Shown here one piece after another: positions 33,401 through 44,990 of a DNA stretch of 64,000 bases. The number at the start of each line of letters is the position of its first letter. The first letter of the stretch is position 1. The notes under the pieces were generated by a model. That model had not been told where the DNA came from and searched no databases. It was given only the letters and a program-made list of their open reading frames with translations. The stretch spans positions 1-64,000 of the forward strand of contig NKIB01009591.1 in the NCBI GenBank assembly GCA_002256025.1, read 5' to 3'. This DNA comes from Asterionella formosa (Eukaryota). A program made the translations under genes and the position numbers.

Positions 33401-35378
33401 TCCATCATCATTTCCAAAACCTCTGCCAACACCTTTGAGGACTCCGCAACCTACATTGGTGACTAAAACCCCATCGGCCTTGCCTACAGCAACACCTACT
33501 AAAGGACCAACAGTACAGCAAGTTACTCCATCATTGTTACCAACACCTCCACCAACACCTTTGTCGACTCTGCCACCAACAGCGGTGCCTGAAACCTCAT
33601 CAGTCTCACCTACCACAGCAAAACCTACTGAAGTTCCAACAGTGCAGGGGGGTACTCCATCATCGTTACCAACACCTTCACCAACACTTTTGTCAACCCC
33701 TCAAACAACAGTGGTGCCTGGAACCCCATCGGCCTCACCTATGGCAACATCTACTGAAGGACCAACAGTACAGCAAGGTACTCCATCATCATTACCAACA
33801 AATCTGGCGACTCCGCTACCTATAGCAATGCCTGGAGCCCCATCAACCTTACCTACTGCAGCACCCACAGGACCCAGAACTGTATCTCCTACAGCTTTTG
33901 CCAGCGAATTTTTTTCTTCAGCTCCCACTGATTCACATACTGTCTCACCTTCTTCATTTACAACATTACCCCCAACTGTGACTCATACAGTTTCACCAAT
34001 TGCTACTCTTACCCATCTTCCTACTGCAGCTTCAACATTTCACCCAACTTTATCTCCTACACCCTCACAAAGTACAACGCCCATTTCGGCTCCAGCTGAT
34101 GTACCCACTTCACTGCCCACAGTGCATTTAACTTTATCTCCTTTCATCTTGCCAACTGGAACTCCCACTAATGCCCCCAGCTTTTTGCTTACTGCTTCTC
34201 CCGCTGGAATATCTTCTCTGGTCCCAACTGTATTGCCTACTGTCTTTCCAACTGCAACACTTACTTTAGCTCCTACTGCTGCTTTTCTCACTGGAAATCC
34301 CACTCTGGTCCCAACAGCATTTCCTACAGCCTTGCCAACTGGAACTCCCACTGATGCACCCAGTTTTCTACCAACTGCTTTTCCCACTGGAATACCTACT
34401 GTGATCCCAACTTTACTTCCTACCCCCTTGCCAACTGAAACTCCCACTGATGCGCCCACTATTGCACCTACTTCTTTTCCTACTGGAATAACTTCTCTGA
34501 TCCCAACTGTATCTCCTACTGTCTTACCAACTGCAACACCTACTTTAGTTCCCATTAGTGCACATACTGCTGTTCCCAGTGGAAACCCTACTCTGGTCCC
34601 AACTGTATCTACTACAGACTTGCCAAATGAAACTCCCACATATGTGCCCGCTATTGCACCTACCGTTGTTCCCACTGATATACCTTCTCTGGTCCCAACT
34701 GTATCTCCTACAGCCTTGCCAACTAGAACTCCCACTGATGCACCCAGATTTCTGACTACTACATTTCCAACTGGAATACCAACTCTGATCCCAACTTCAC
34801 TTCCTACAGCCTTACAAACTGCAACACCAACTTTAGCTCCCACTTTTGTACCTACCGTTGTTCCCACTGATATACCTTCTCTGGTCCCCACTGTATCTCC
34901 TACAGCCTTGCCAACTGGAACTCCCACTGATGCACCCAGTTTTATGCCTACTGATTTTCCTAGTGGAATACCCACTCAGGTCCCAACTTTATCTCCTACT
35001 GTCTTACCAACTGCAACACCTACTTTAGCTCCCACTATTGCAAATACTGCTTTTCCCACTGTAACACCTACTTTGGTCCCAACTGTATCTCCTTCTTCGT
35101 TGCCAACTGCTCCTCCTACTTTAGGATCAAGTGCTCAACCTACTATGACACCTATCTCTTCACCAACTTTATTACCAACTTCAGTTAATTCCTTGCTACC
35201 AGATGGTGTTACTTGTACTAAGAATGAATTGTGTGCAAGCAGCAGATGTGATCGGGTTGTTCAGGGTGATGGTAACCAGGGGAAGATTTGTAAACCTCGT
35301 CTTGTGAATGGATTAGGCTGCAATGAAGATACAGATTGTTTGAGTGGGAGATGTGTTAGCAGCAGATGTGCACCATAA
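30496..35378 (+). CDS. Large Pro/Thr-rich mucin-like membrane/cell-surface protein; exons 30496-30665, 30783-31280, 31661-35378
   Basis: GT-AG introns 30666-30782 and 31281-31660 join three ORFs in frame. Ala/Gly/Val hydrophobic segment, Cys-containing domain ending RRKL, roughly 900 aa of xxPT repeats and C-terminal C-x5-C-x-S-xx-C motifs. Confidence 0.8.
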
Positions 35379-36060
35379 ATTGGTCCAGCTATACCTACTA
35401 CCAAATCATATCTTGTCACTTGCCCCATTCTATGATGCTGTGGAAGAACCATTCACAGGCAAGGACAGGAACTGCCATACAACTACAACCTATATTATAT
35501 ATATCAAAACTTTTTAATATAGTTTCAACATTGCACCATTGAACTTTCTGTGTTACTATCCTGACTCTTTATTTCGCTTATATCCACCAAACTCTAAGAG
35601 TCACATGGGCTCCTTGCCTGACTCACAAGTATATAGAGACTTTAAAAAAATTCTCCTCCATCCATTCTCCTCCATCCTCTAAGAGCTGCATGGGCTGCCG
35701 CCTCCTCACCCTGCTTCAATGTCCTAACTCCACAATAGTTGAGGCTCGATAAGGCGTACTTTGAAAATTTTCTTATCAACTATCAAATTTTTTTAGCGCA
35801 TTAGTACTAGCCTAGCTACAGGATTGTATTCATTGCGCTCCATGTCCCAGAAAACATGGTGGGGTGGTGGTAAGTTTTGAGGTAAGACTCCCTCATGATA
35901 TGCAGGAGTCTTTTAGAAAAAGTTTTGCCATCATTGTTTGTAGCCAGGTCCGCCCATGAATAACACTTGTATTGCAGGTGGTTCAAGAACCTGGATTATT
36001 TTTTCTTCTTCATTTATTTCATTGTGTTTTTCCTAAAAAATTCGGAGCATTCCTCAACTG

Positions 36061-36510
36061 AATGATGCTGTTGCATGGATTTTGGTAGTTTTGGTCTAAC
36101 TCCATGTGTTTCTTTCATACGTTTATTTTTCAGCATGTACTGTGCAGATAAGGTGGGACAGAAACGGTTCTGTTTGGATCTGATTTGGATGTGTGGACAT
36201 CGTCAAAAGCCTTACTCAATAAAATGATGCTGTTGGATGGATTTCAGTCGTTTTGGTCTATCTCCATGAGTTTCTTGTCAATTTTTGTTGTTCTTTCATC
36301 TGTTTGTTGTTCAGTATGTACTGTGTAGGTACGGTGAAACGGAAATTGTCTGTTTGGATCTAATTTGGATGCGTGGACATCGTCAAAAGCCTTACTCAAT
36401 TTAATGATGCTGTTATGTGGATTTCGGTCATTTTGGTTGATATCTTCATGAGCTTCTTGTCAATTCTTGTGGTCTTTCATCTATTTGTTATTCTGTTTGT
36501 ACTTTGTAGT
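36061..36510. repeat. Tandem repeat, about 2.6 copies of a 162-180 bp unit
   Basis: Units start with AATGATGCTGTT at 36061, 36223 and 36403. The first two share TGTTTGGATCT(G/A)ATTTGGATG(T/C)GTGGACATCGTCAAAAGCCTTACTCAAT. Confidence 0.9.
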
Positions 36511-36970
36511 AAAGAAGTATCTTCCTGTAGGCCTCTGTAGTGTTCTACTCAGGACAGGTGATACTGAGTGTCCATTACTCCTTCTTGCTTGACCATTGTG
36601 AAAATGTGATATAGATTGGAAATTTTACTCAGAAAATGCTGAGTGAGGCATATCCAAAGAAGATAAATAATCTCATTTATAGCTGGGCTGACATTTTATG
36701 CTCATGTAACTAAGATATCATTTAATTTCCAAAATGTACTCCAAATCGATATAGCTTGATTGAACGTTTTTTTCAGTTTGATCATTATTTTGGCTCGATT
36801 GAGGGCACCATCCCAATTTATATATACAATATGTACAATAATTAGAACCGTAGATAACTATATTGAGATTTTGTACTGTCTACACAATGCGTCCTGACAT
36901 TAAATGGTCTTGAGACAATCACAAGAAGCAATACACCGTATTTTCATTTATTCGGATATTATTACATGGT

Positions 36971-37394
36971 TTAAAAAGATAGGATGTTTTATAGCCCATT
37001 CGTCCTCCCCTATTTCTAGGCAAGTCTTTCATTGTGCTACTACCTGCCAACAAGACCTGTGCTTCCCTAGTTTTATTATCATAGGTGAGTCCCCAACAAC
37101 CACCTTTCGCAAAAGGTCATTGTCTTAGCCGTGGTGTTAGGGGAAACTCCGACTGCCTAGTAAGGCAGCACAAGCTGCTTGTAGGGGAGTGCCTCAGGGA
37201 GCAACCCATCATTTCTTGCACACCAGGCAAGACCGTGCAGGACCGTAAGGAGTGTGGGAGTCAAACCCAAAAATTGCTTCTCAAAACGATTGCAGGTATC
37301 GAACCCAACAATTGCTTCTCAAAAACATTGCGGGAATCAAACCCTCACAACCTCAGATCAAAGGCAATGTGCTAAACCACTAAGCCATTCCCTC
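36971..37394 (-). mobile_element. tRNA-derived SINE, copy 1
   Basis: Minus-strand head with A-box TGGCTTAGTGG and B-box-like GGTTTGATTCC. 12-bp TSD TTATTACATGGT at 36959-36970 and 37395-37406. Collinear with 53704-54078. Confidence 0.85.
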
Positions 37395-38449
37395 TTATTA
37401 CATGGTATAGCTATTAACATCTGCAAATAAAAAGTAGCGTAGTTCTTATAAGATCAGGAGTATTGTATGATAACTGGCACAGAATTTTTCTCCACATGAC
37501 GATTACATCATGATATGTATGATCAGTACATTTCATACGTATGAATATTCAATCATGTTTATAAGGTCATCATTTTTATAAAGTTTGATCAAAGCATTGA
37601 ATAATGAATCATCAATTTTATGAAACCTTCAAATAATAATCATAAAATTGATCAATATTGACTCTACATTATAAACACAAGTTATCATACAATATACAGG
37701 GATTAAGTAACAACAATTTACGTCGAAATCGTCATTCCTCTTTGAATTTCAATCACTCTTCTCATGATCATGAATTTACTGAGTCTACAGCGATATTATT
37801 ACAATGTGTTCAAAGTAAGCATTAAAGTTTAGCTTAAACCATGCATGGTTGTTTTAGTACCATGTACGTATGTAGGCTATATGACTGGAATATCTGTTAA
37901 GCATCATCACATACATGACTGGAGCAAAAACTTTCCACCAACATCAGATATATACTGATATCATTGTTCATCCAAAGAATTATGGACAATGTGACTACAT
38001 GAATCCCACAAGAAGACAGGCAATCCAACGACCAACTGCATCCGTTCAACAACAAATCGCTATTGGCATCATCATTGAACTGGTTTGGCTTCCAACTGCG
38101 CATGTCGGACGATGATGGGCATGGTGAAAGGTGAATTGCCAGAGTCAGTTTTCAGACAATGAACAAAAATGAAGTGAATACTAGATATACTTTCTTCAAA
38201 TCTGTAGAGTATATAAAATAGTTTCCTTAAGCAGACCCCTTGTTGCCTATTTCGGCAATCCCAGGGCTGGAAAACTGAGGGGCAATTGGCATAAATTTTC
38301 TTGCCAAAATGTGAACATAGGAAATACACAATATATATTTTTAATGATGGGCAATATCAGACCTTTGGCAAGATTTTTATGTGAAGATAGGAAATATATA
38401 TTTCATATGACAGGCTACCGGTATTGCAAGCTAAAAATGACATTTACGC

Positions 38450-39856
38450 TCAATGAGTGGGCAGTAGGTAAGCTACCGGTAATGGCGCAATGATAGCTAG
38501 CTTGTGAATTTCCTCAACATAACCCTTCTTGGTGGCTACTTGTCTTCTTGTATACATGTGTACTTGGCTGGGATGGCACTCGTGGAACCGTTGCGGTGCT
38601 CTGTTAGTTCTGGTACTACGTCGCTGTGGAAGTGACATTTCTTGTTGTTGAGGTTGCTCAATTTGTTCTTCTTCCACTGCTGCTGTTTCTTGTGGAATCA
38701 TTCCTACAGCATCTTGTACCATATTCCTAGTGGGAGGTAGCCTATGCAGCCACTTACTTGTATCCACCGCATCCATCCGTGCTGGTACACTCTGCAATAC
38801 GTCGGGTGGTAGTGCAGCAACACTAGGGGACAATTGTGTCTCCCTTACTGGTGTCATAATCACCTTTACTGGTGACTCCCTCTGAGGTGCATAAGGCATT
38901 TCATCCTTGTGTAGACCCATAGTGGGTAGCACCTTAGCCTCCATACGTAATTTCTTGTCTAGGTAAGCTTCCTCGTCCTGTAACCATTCTTCCTGTAAGG
39001 AAGGTAGATCATGCTCATCGAAGTACGCTTGAAAGCGTGACTCATTGAAAATTGTTTCCCAGTCTGCTGGTGGGTTATCTCCCTCTGGCATGGACATAAC
39101 TGTAGAAAAGAAATCATCAAATACCACGTGAAATTGTGGTGATATATTTCCTGTCTTTAGGTTTAGTACTAATGGCACATTACTGCTGTGATTAGGAGAC
39201 ATTCCTACAAACAGTGCTCTCCTAGACCTTGGTTCCCATCTAGGTAGCTTAATGCCATTTTGCATTTTAGGATCTAGTACATAGCATGGGCAGCCCCATA
39301 CATGTAAGTCCTTAAGTCCATGTCTAGGTACTAGAGACCCAGTAAATATATCAATTGGCGATTGTCCTGTCCGTGCTCCTGGCACGTGGTTATAGACATG
39401 TACAGCATAATCAACTGCCATGGGCCATAGCATTGCATCAGCAGTTTCAGGCCATCTAATTGATGCATGTAGCATCATGACTCTTGCCATATTAGATACA
39501 GTTCGTATGCTTCTCTCAGCAGCCCCATTTTGGTGATGTGCACCTACTCCACAGTATTTAACCTGTTGTCCACAAGCAATGATAACATCAACAAACTCCT
39601 TAGCGCCAAAAGTACCATTGTCGGTCATATATCGGCCTATGAGAACCCCGTGGTTGTAAGCCCAATTTTCGAATTGCTGCTTACCCGTGAGTGTTTCGGT
39701 TGCTGAGAATCGGTGACTTCTTGCAGCACCAGGGAATTGCTCCCGCCACCCAGCCTCGAACACATGTACCGGTACCTGTATACTCGCAGGCAAGAGACCA
39801 CCTCGTTCGTGTCTCCTTGCGTTCAGCATCACCCACTGTGGTCCAATCAAAATCAA
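38450..39856 (-). mobile_element. Ty1/copia LTR retrotransposon fragment (integrase core and downstream linker), truncated
   Basis: 'YMTDNGTF', 'AHHQNGAAERSIRTV', 'LWPMAVDYAVHVYN', 'HVWGCPCYVLD', 'KLPRWEPRSR', 'ISPQFHVVFDDFF'. No gag, RT, RNase H or LTR recognised. Confidence 0.9.
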
Positions 39857-40346
39857 TCACAATCCTGAGCACATGAGGATACGCACAGATACTAAGTATC
39901 ATGTACTGTAGAACGGACATGATGTACCAGGTACCTGGTGCTGGTAATAGACAAGTGTTCCCTTATACACCGGTAGACTAATTGATTGTGTGATGATGAT
40001 GGTGTCAAAACTACCGATGGCTGATTGTGATCTCATGTATAAATGATGCGTACCCTGGTACATACATATATAAATAAGGAGTGAGCAAGTTTTGGCTGTT
40101 CTTTTTCCCTTTGCAATTGCACATTGTTTACCTACATACCAGCGCCTGGTACAGGGTCGTATAAGACATAGAATCGCTTCTCATTCTGAATCCAAATTAG
40201 TACCAGGTACCAGGAACCGGTACCTGGTACTCCAGAACAGTTTCCTAATATCATTAGGTATGAGCAAAGTACATACTATTTCACACAAGTACCGGTATGC
40301 TATTTATGAACATACCGGTAGTTTGATATTTTAGCCCGCTCTTCGC

Positions 40347-41816
40347 ATGAACCGAGGATTGAAAGTGTCACAAACTTCAAATAGAAATCCAAAAGACGAT
40401 AGACTGCCACCCATCAACCCGACGATGGTAACCAACATGGCACCCCAAAGCTTGAACAAGCAAAACATCCAAACTGATCTCCTTTCCACCCACGACGTTG
40501 GAGAAGTAGTAGCGAACATGACGCCAACAACACAATCCATTACCAGTCGAAGTTCCATGACTGGAACACCAAAAGTGAAATCTCCGTTCAACTGCCTTCG
40601 AATGGGTATCTTCACTGCATCGACGCGTGGGAGCAGTGAACACATCATCGCAGTTTCCAATCCAGCCTCCACATGTATGGTTGTAGCTGTGGCCACGTTC
40701 GACCCTTGCGATACTGAACAAAGCCTATCCAGTTGGTGCAAGTGCAATCGCCTAGGCGAGAAACACGACTTGAAGCTTGGTTATGGTGAGCAAGGCTTTC
40801 AGGAGATTCTGAACGACTCGACAATTGAAGGAGTTTTCATTACAGGTGCCTTCGATAGGGGACACTACGCCGAGTTAGCGCTCAGAGCAAACAAACATGT
40901 ATTGGTTGATGACCCCATCACTACGTCAATCCCACAATTTCAACTCTTAGTACATCTGGCCCAGGAGAAGAGGCTTCATATGCAGGATACGACAACGTTT
41001 ATCTATCATCACGGTCTTCGGAAGTTCGAACTATGTGTCCTGGACAAGGAGTCCTTTGGCGACATCAACAATATCAGTGTTTGCTTTGACATTAACCCAA
41101 CATTTGCTCGCGATCATGGTATCTTGACTGTTTCTAACTCCACTAACAGTTTAGGTGTCATTGGTACTTTGGTTCGATATTGCCTTATTTTAGGAAACCT
41201 GGTGTACATTCGGGCTGGACGTGAGCCGGTTTCTGCCCAAATCACTTACCTGGAAACGAACGAAGATGGTGTTCCGATGCATGCGATCTGTGTTATCAAA
41301 TTCAATGGTGGGTGCACGATGGACATTGACTGTAAATACAGCATACACAGTGGTACACGTCAAGCATTGGAAATTCACTCTGATACCCATTGGGGGGCCA
41401 TGAGTGATTTTGTCTTCCCTACCAGAAGTCTTGCCTGCTATAGACTGCACAACAAGCAAATGGACATGTTCGATGATAACATGGTCCTCGAGGGAGATGC
41501 CATTGATGTGGAAGTAAGTTGAAATCATTATTGAAGCAGAAACCATAACAATCCATCACACAAACTCATTAATTTATTTGTATCACATTTGCAGAATGGC
41601 CCATTGCAAGAAGTTATGATTTGGAGGCGATTTGCTGAGTTATCTGAGTTTGTTGTCGATCAAGAACCCGGGCCAAGGGGGGCCCGCATCTCCTACGAGG
41701 TCAGCTATGCAGCTCTACAGACTCAGAATATTGTTCTTGCTTTGACGAGAAGCATGGAGCTCAACTGGTCAGAAGTCGTGCTGGACAAAATTGATTACGA
41801 TATTCCCATCTTTTGA
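40347..41816 (+). CDS. Gfo/Idh/MocA-type oxidoreductase-like protein; exons 40347-41513, 41595-41816
   Basis: 'EILNDSTIEGVFI...HYAELALRANKHVLVDDP' matches the family pattern. GT-AG intron 41514-41594 is in frame. Confidence 0.7.
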
Positions 41817-42265
41817 TTTTTAACATTTCACGAGTCGAATCATAACAGCGAGAAGAGTTACAATTAAACCTGCCAAATGCGGCTAGTTGTGAATACAGTA
41901 TCCATTATGAAGAGGGGTTGCTAGGTAGGTAGATTTCACGATTGCTTCTATTGTTCGAACTAGTCAAGTAGGATAGATGGTTTGACGCTATCTTATGGAA
42001 TTGCCAAGCGAGCGCAAATGGAGCATTGAAATGAATCTCAAGTATTTTTTGTTAATAAGATGTGCGTCTGTGATTCATCTGCCTTAACATGCTGAGTTAC
42101 ATTCTCGCGTTGTGCTTTCACTTTGTACTGATTCGCACCCATTGTGTCCCCGCATTGCAACAAAAACCACATGCCCTTGTATGCGAAAGAAAGGTCAACA
42201 AATCGAATAATAGTGATAGCTGAAAATCAACTACCGCATATTCATGCCAGCAGTAATTAGTCTAT

Positions 42266-43132
42266 TCATTCATTACGTACACTGTTGTAGAATCGCATAC
42301 TCCACGAATCATAACCCTCCAAAATTACAAAGGCGACCAAAATATATCGTTTACCTCTTGTTATTCCGTGTCCACCATGCAATATAGCAGAAGCATGAGA
42401 TACAATTTCGCCTTCATCGATTCGAACCGCATCGTTCAGAGAGTTAAACCACGTTCCTCCGCCATCAAAATCTTGCGCTGGATTTAAGGCGATGTTGAAG
42501 GATACAACAGATCCATCACGATGAGGTTTTAATTCGGTCTGACCACCATTCGCGTCATATTTCACAATGAAACCATCCGCCACTTTTAATTTAGAAGGAT
42601 CTGGCAAGTATCCTCCAAATTGAGTTCGCAAGAGAGGGTAAATTCTTTCCACAAGCGCCCTCCGCATGAATTTAATGGTTTCCGGCAACTCTACGATTGG
42701 AATGTCTGTTGTGGGGTAATTCCCATGACGTTTGGTGGTCCAACCCATCTCCGCCGCCACTGCTTCAGCTTCACTGACAATCCTTTGGCATTCTTCAGAC
42801 GTCAAAATCTGTCTTGACGTTTTGTGGAGAAGATGACCTCCCTGGAATGGAAGCAACGACTGGTAATCGCTTGGGCTGTATTCGATTTGTTTCAAAGCAA
42901 GCATTGTTCCCCCGCAATCTTGCCCCAAATCTGACCCCTTAAACTCAAACGGAATCTTTGTTTGTGCGTACCCCGGGATGTGCAATTCAGATACAAGGAG
43001 TGCCGTTTGTTGTCGAATGCATCTGATTGTTGCTGCATGATGGGGACTCACGACGAAAGCCAAGGTGGTGGTAGAAAACACACAGAAAAGCGCTGCCGTC
43101 GTGTGTATATTCTTGGCGCCGATCATCATCAT
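42266..43132 (-). CDS. 2OG-Fe(II) dioxygenase (prolyl/lysyl-hydroxylase-like), probably plastid-targeted
   Basis: 'FIVKY', HRD...H facial triad, 'GGGTWF', 'G.RYILVAF' and 'RHGNYPTTD'. Signal peptide ends TLA-FVV; likely start ATG 43132. Confidence 0.85.
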   Translation of the reverse strand: MMMIGAKNIHTTAALFCVFSTTTLAFVVSPHHAATIRCIRQQTALLVSELHIPGYAQTKIPFEFKGSDLGQDCGGTMLALKQIEYSPSDYQSLLPFQGGHLLHKTSRQILTSEECQRIVSEAEAVAAEMGWTTKRHGNYPTTDIPIVELPETIKFMRRALVERIYPLLRTQFGGYLPDPSKLKVADGFIVKYDANGGQTELKPHRDGSVVSFNIALNPAQDFDGGGTWFNSLNDAVRIDEGEIVSHASAILHGGHGITRGKRYILVAFVILEGYDSWSMRFYNSVRNE

Positions 43133-44439
43133 AGAAAATGCAACGATTTGGTCGATTCGTGCAGAGAAGAATTGGATTGACAACAGTAAACAAGCCTTGA
43201 ACAAAGGAGTTTGATTGTTGCCACTTCTGCGCCATCATCGCTTCCACTTTTACACGCACGACTGTTTCAGTAAGCAAACCTAACTACCGGTAGGAAAGAG
43301 GAACAGCCAATAATGCATGTGATCAAGAAGAGAGACGAGAGAATTACCGGTATACCGGTCTACATGATGTACAGTAGCTCAAAAAAATACCCGGTAGTAG
43401 TATGCGCACGTTGTTAAACAAAGGTCACACATGCTGGTAGACTACTCCTCCCCGTCTGCAAGGTCCAGTAACACATGTTTTATGCACACCTTTTCAGGTT
43501 CCTCAACTTCCTCTCTGCTATAAATCTATGATCACATGGAGGAACAGACTAAAGAAGATGAAAACTGGACCATATTAGTTGCCAAGAAAGATAAGCAACA
43601 GAGGGTGACATAACCAAATTCTGTGAACAGAATCATAAATGGCAGCATGATTAGTAGGGTGGTAAAATGCCAATGCAAGTTGGCTCATTCTAATTTTATT
43701 TTCTGGTTTACAATCAATATCCTCCCTGTGTCTTCATCAATTTGGAATTGTTGCCTTACTGACATTAAGAACTTTCTTGGAAGTAGCTAGTGAACCATTT
43801 ACAAAAAGATCATGAGTAAAGTAGTAGTACAGCAGCAATAGTGGAGACTCAAAGTGAAAGGGTCAGATCTGCCTACTATACCAACAACAAAACACCATAC
43901 CGGACACCTACCGAGAAACTTGAAGCTAAATGCAATGATCTGAAAGGGAAGAATGTTACAAATTCTGTGGGCGCATTCTTTGATGGTGCATATGTAGCAC
44001 TCAACTTCGGTTAAGTGTTGTTCACCATTTGCCTCTGTGTTCAATGTGATGCCTTGCTTCTTGGCAAGCTCTGTTTGTAGGCGGTCAAACTTTTTGTTCA
44101 TTCTCTAGTATTGTTACAAGAAAGAAGCCTCTTTTGAGGTATGATTGCCGCACATGTTTTATTACACTGCCAGCAATAGCTAGTGGACAATTGTTGGTTG
44201 GCAAGTACCTCTGATGTGCTGAATGTTATGTGGCGTGACACAGTTGTAAAGAATGGCAATTTGTTCACAAACATGATGTCTCCTGCCCAGGTGATCTTAC
44301 GATATTGCTGTATAATTGTGACAGGAATATCAAGGGGTTAGTCCTGCACTGGTACTGACCCATCATGGTGTACGGTCGTTCTTCCTTTCAATGATCTCAC
44401 ATCTGGTCCAAATATATGCACTCAGCTATAATGTCATCT

Positions 44440-44990
44440 CTTGTTGCTTATAGGAAATTATTAGCGTTGAGCTGGTGTATTACTGTGTCTTTTGGTTAAA
44501 TTCATTCCCTTCAACTGGTGTAATTTCGAATTCTCTAAGCCCTCAAGCCATTGCTTACTATTGTTGGTTTGTCTATCGACTATATCCTCCACTGTCAGCT
44601 TTAGTTTGTCACATGTATGCAAGCCCATGTCAAAATCATACTACTGGGGTCATTATTCTTTGCCCAACAGGCAACCAACAAGAAGGGGGCTATCATTTCT
44701 TTAGTCTTAAAACTGGCCGCATTCTCAATCGCAACCATTGGACTGTGTTTCCCATGCCTGCCGATGTGATTGACTGCGTTCACATCATGTCTCCTCGTTG
44801 TCCCGACACTAATACATCTTTGGAATTTGGGACCCATCCATAAGGGTGTATGACGATGAGGATCCCAATGAAGAGGTTTCTACCACCTCCATTACAGGAT
44901 TGAATGAAAACAATCGACTGAAAGTGATGAAATGAATGAAAATGAAAATAATGATAATAGTGATAATAATGAAAATAATGAAAATGAAAG
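44440..44990 (+). mobile_element. Degenerate Ty1/copia fragment (post-integrase region)
   Basis: 'ELVYYCVFWLNSFP..GV...LSP' and 'PTGNQQEGGYHFFSLKTGRILNR..WT..PMPADVI..VH', followed by an Asn/Glu low-complexity stretch. Deleted and disrupted. Confidence 0.75.

Noticed and set aside
33314..34975. Long Val/Gly-rich minus-strand ORFs
   Set aside because: They are antisense shadows of the Pro/Thr repeat coding strand.
36061..36510. CRISPR-like array
   Set aside because: The whole unit is repeated with no unique spacers, the context is eukaryotic, and there are no cas genes.
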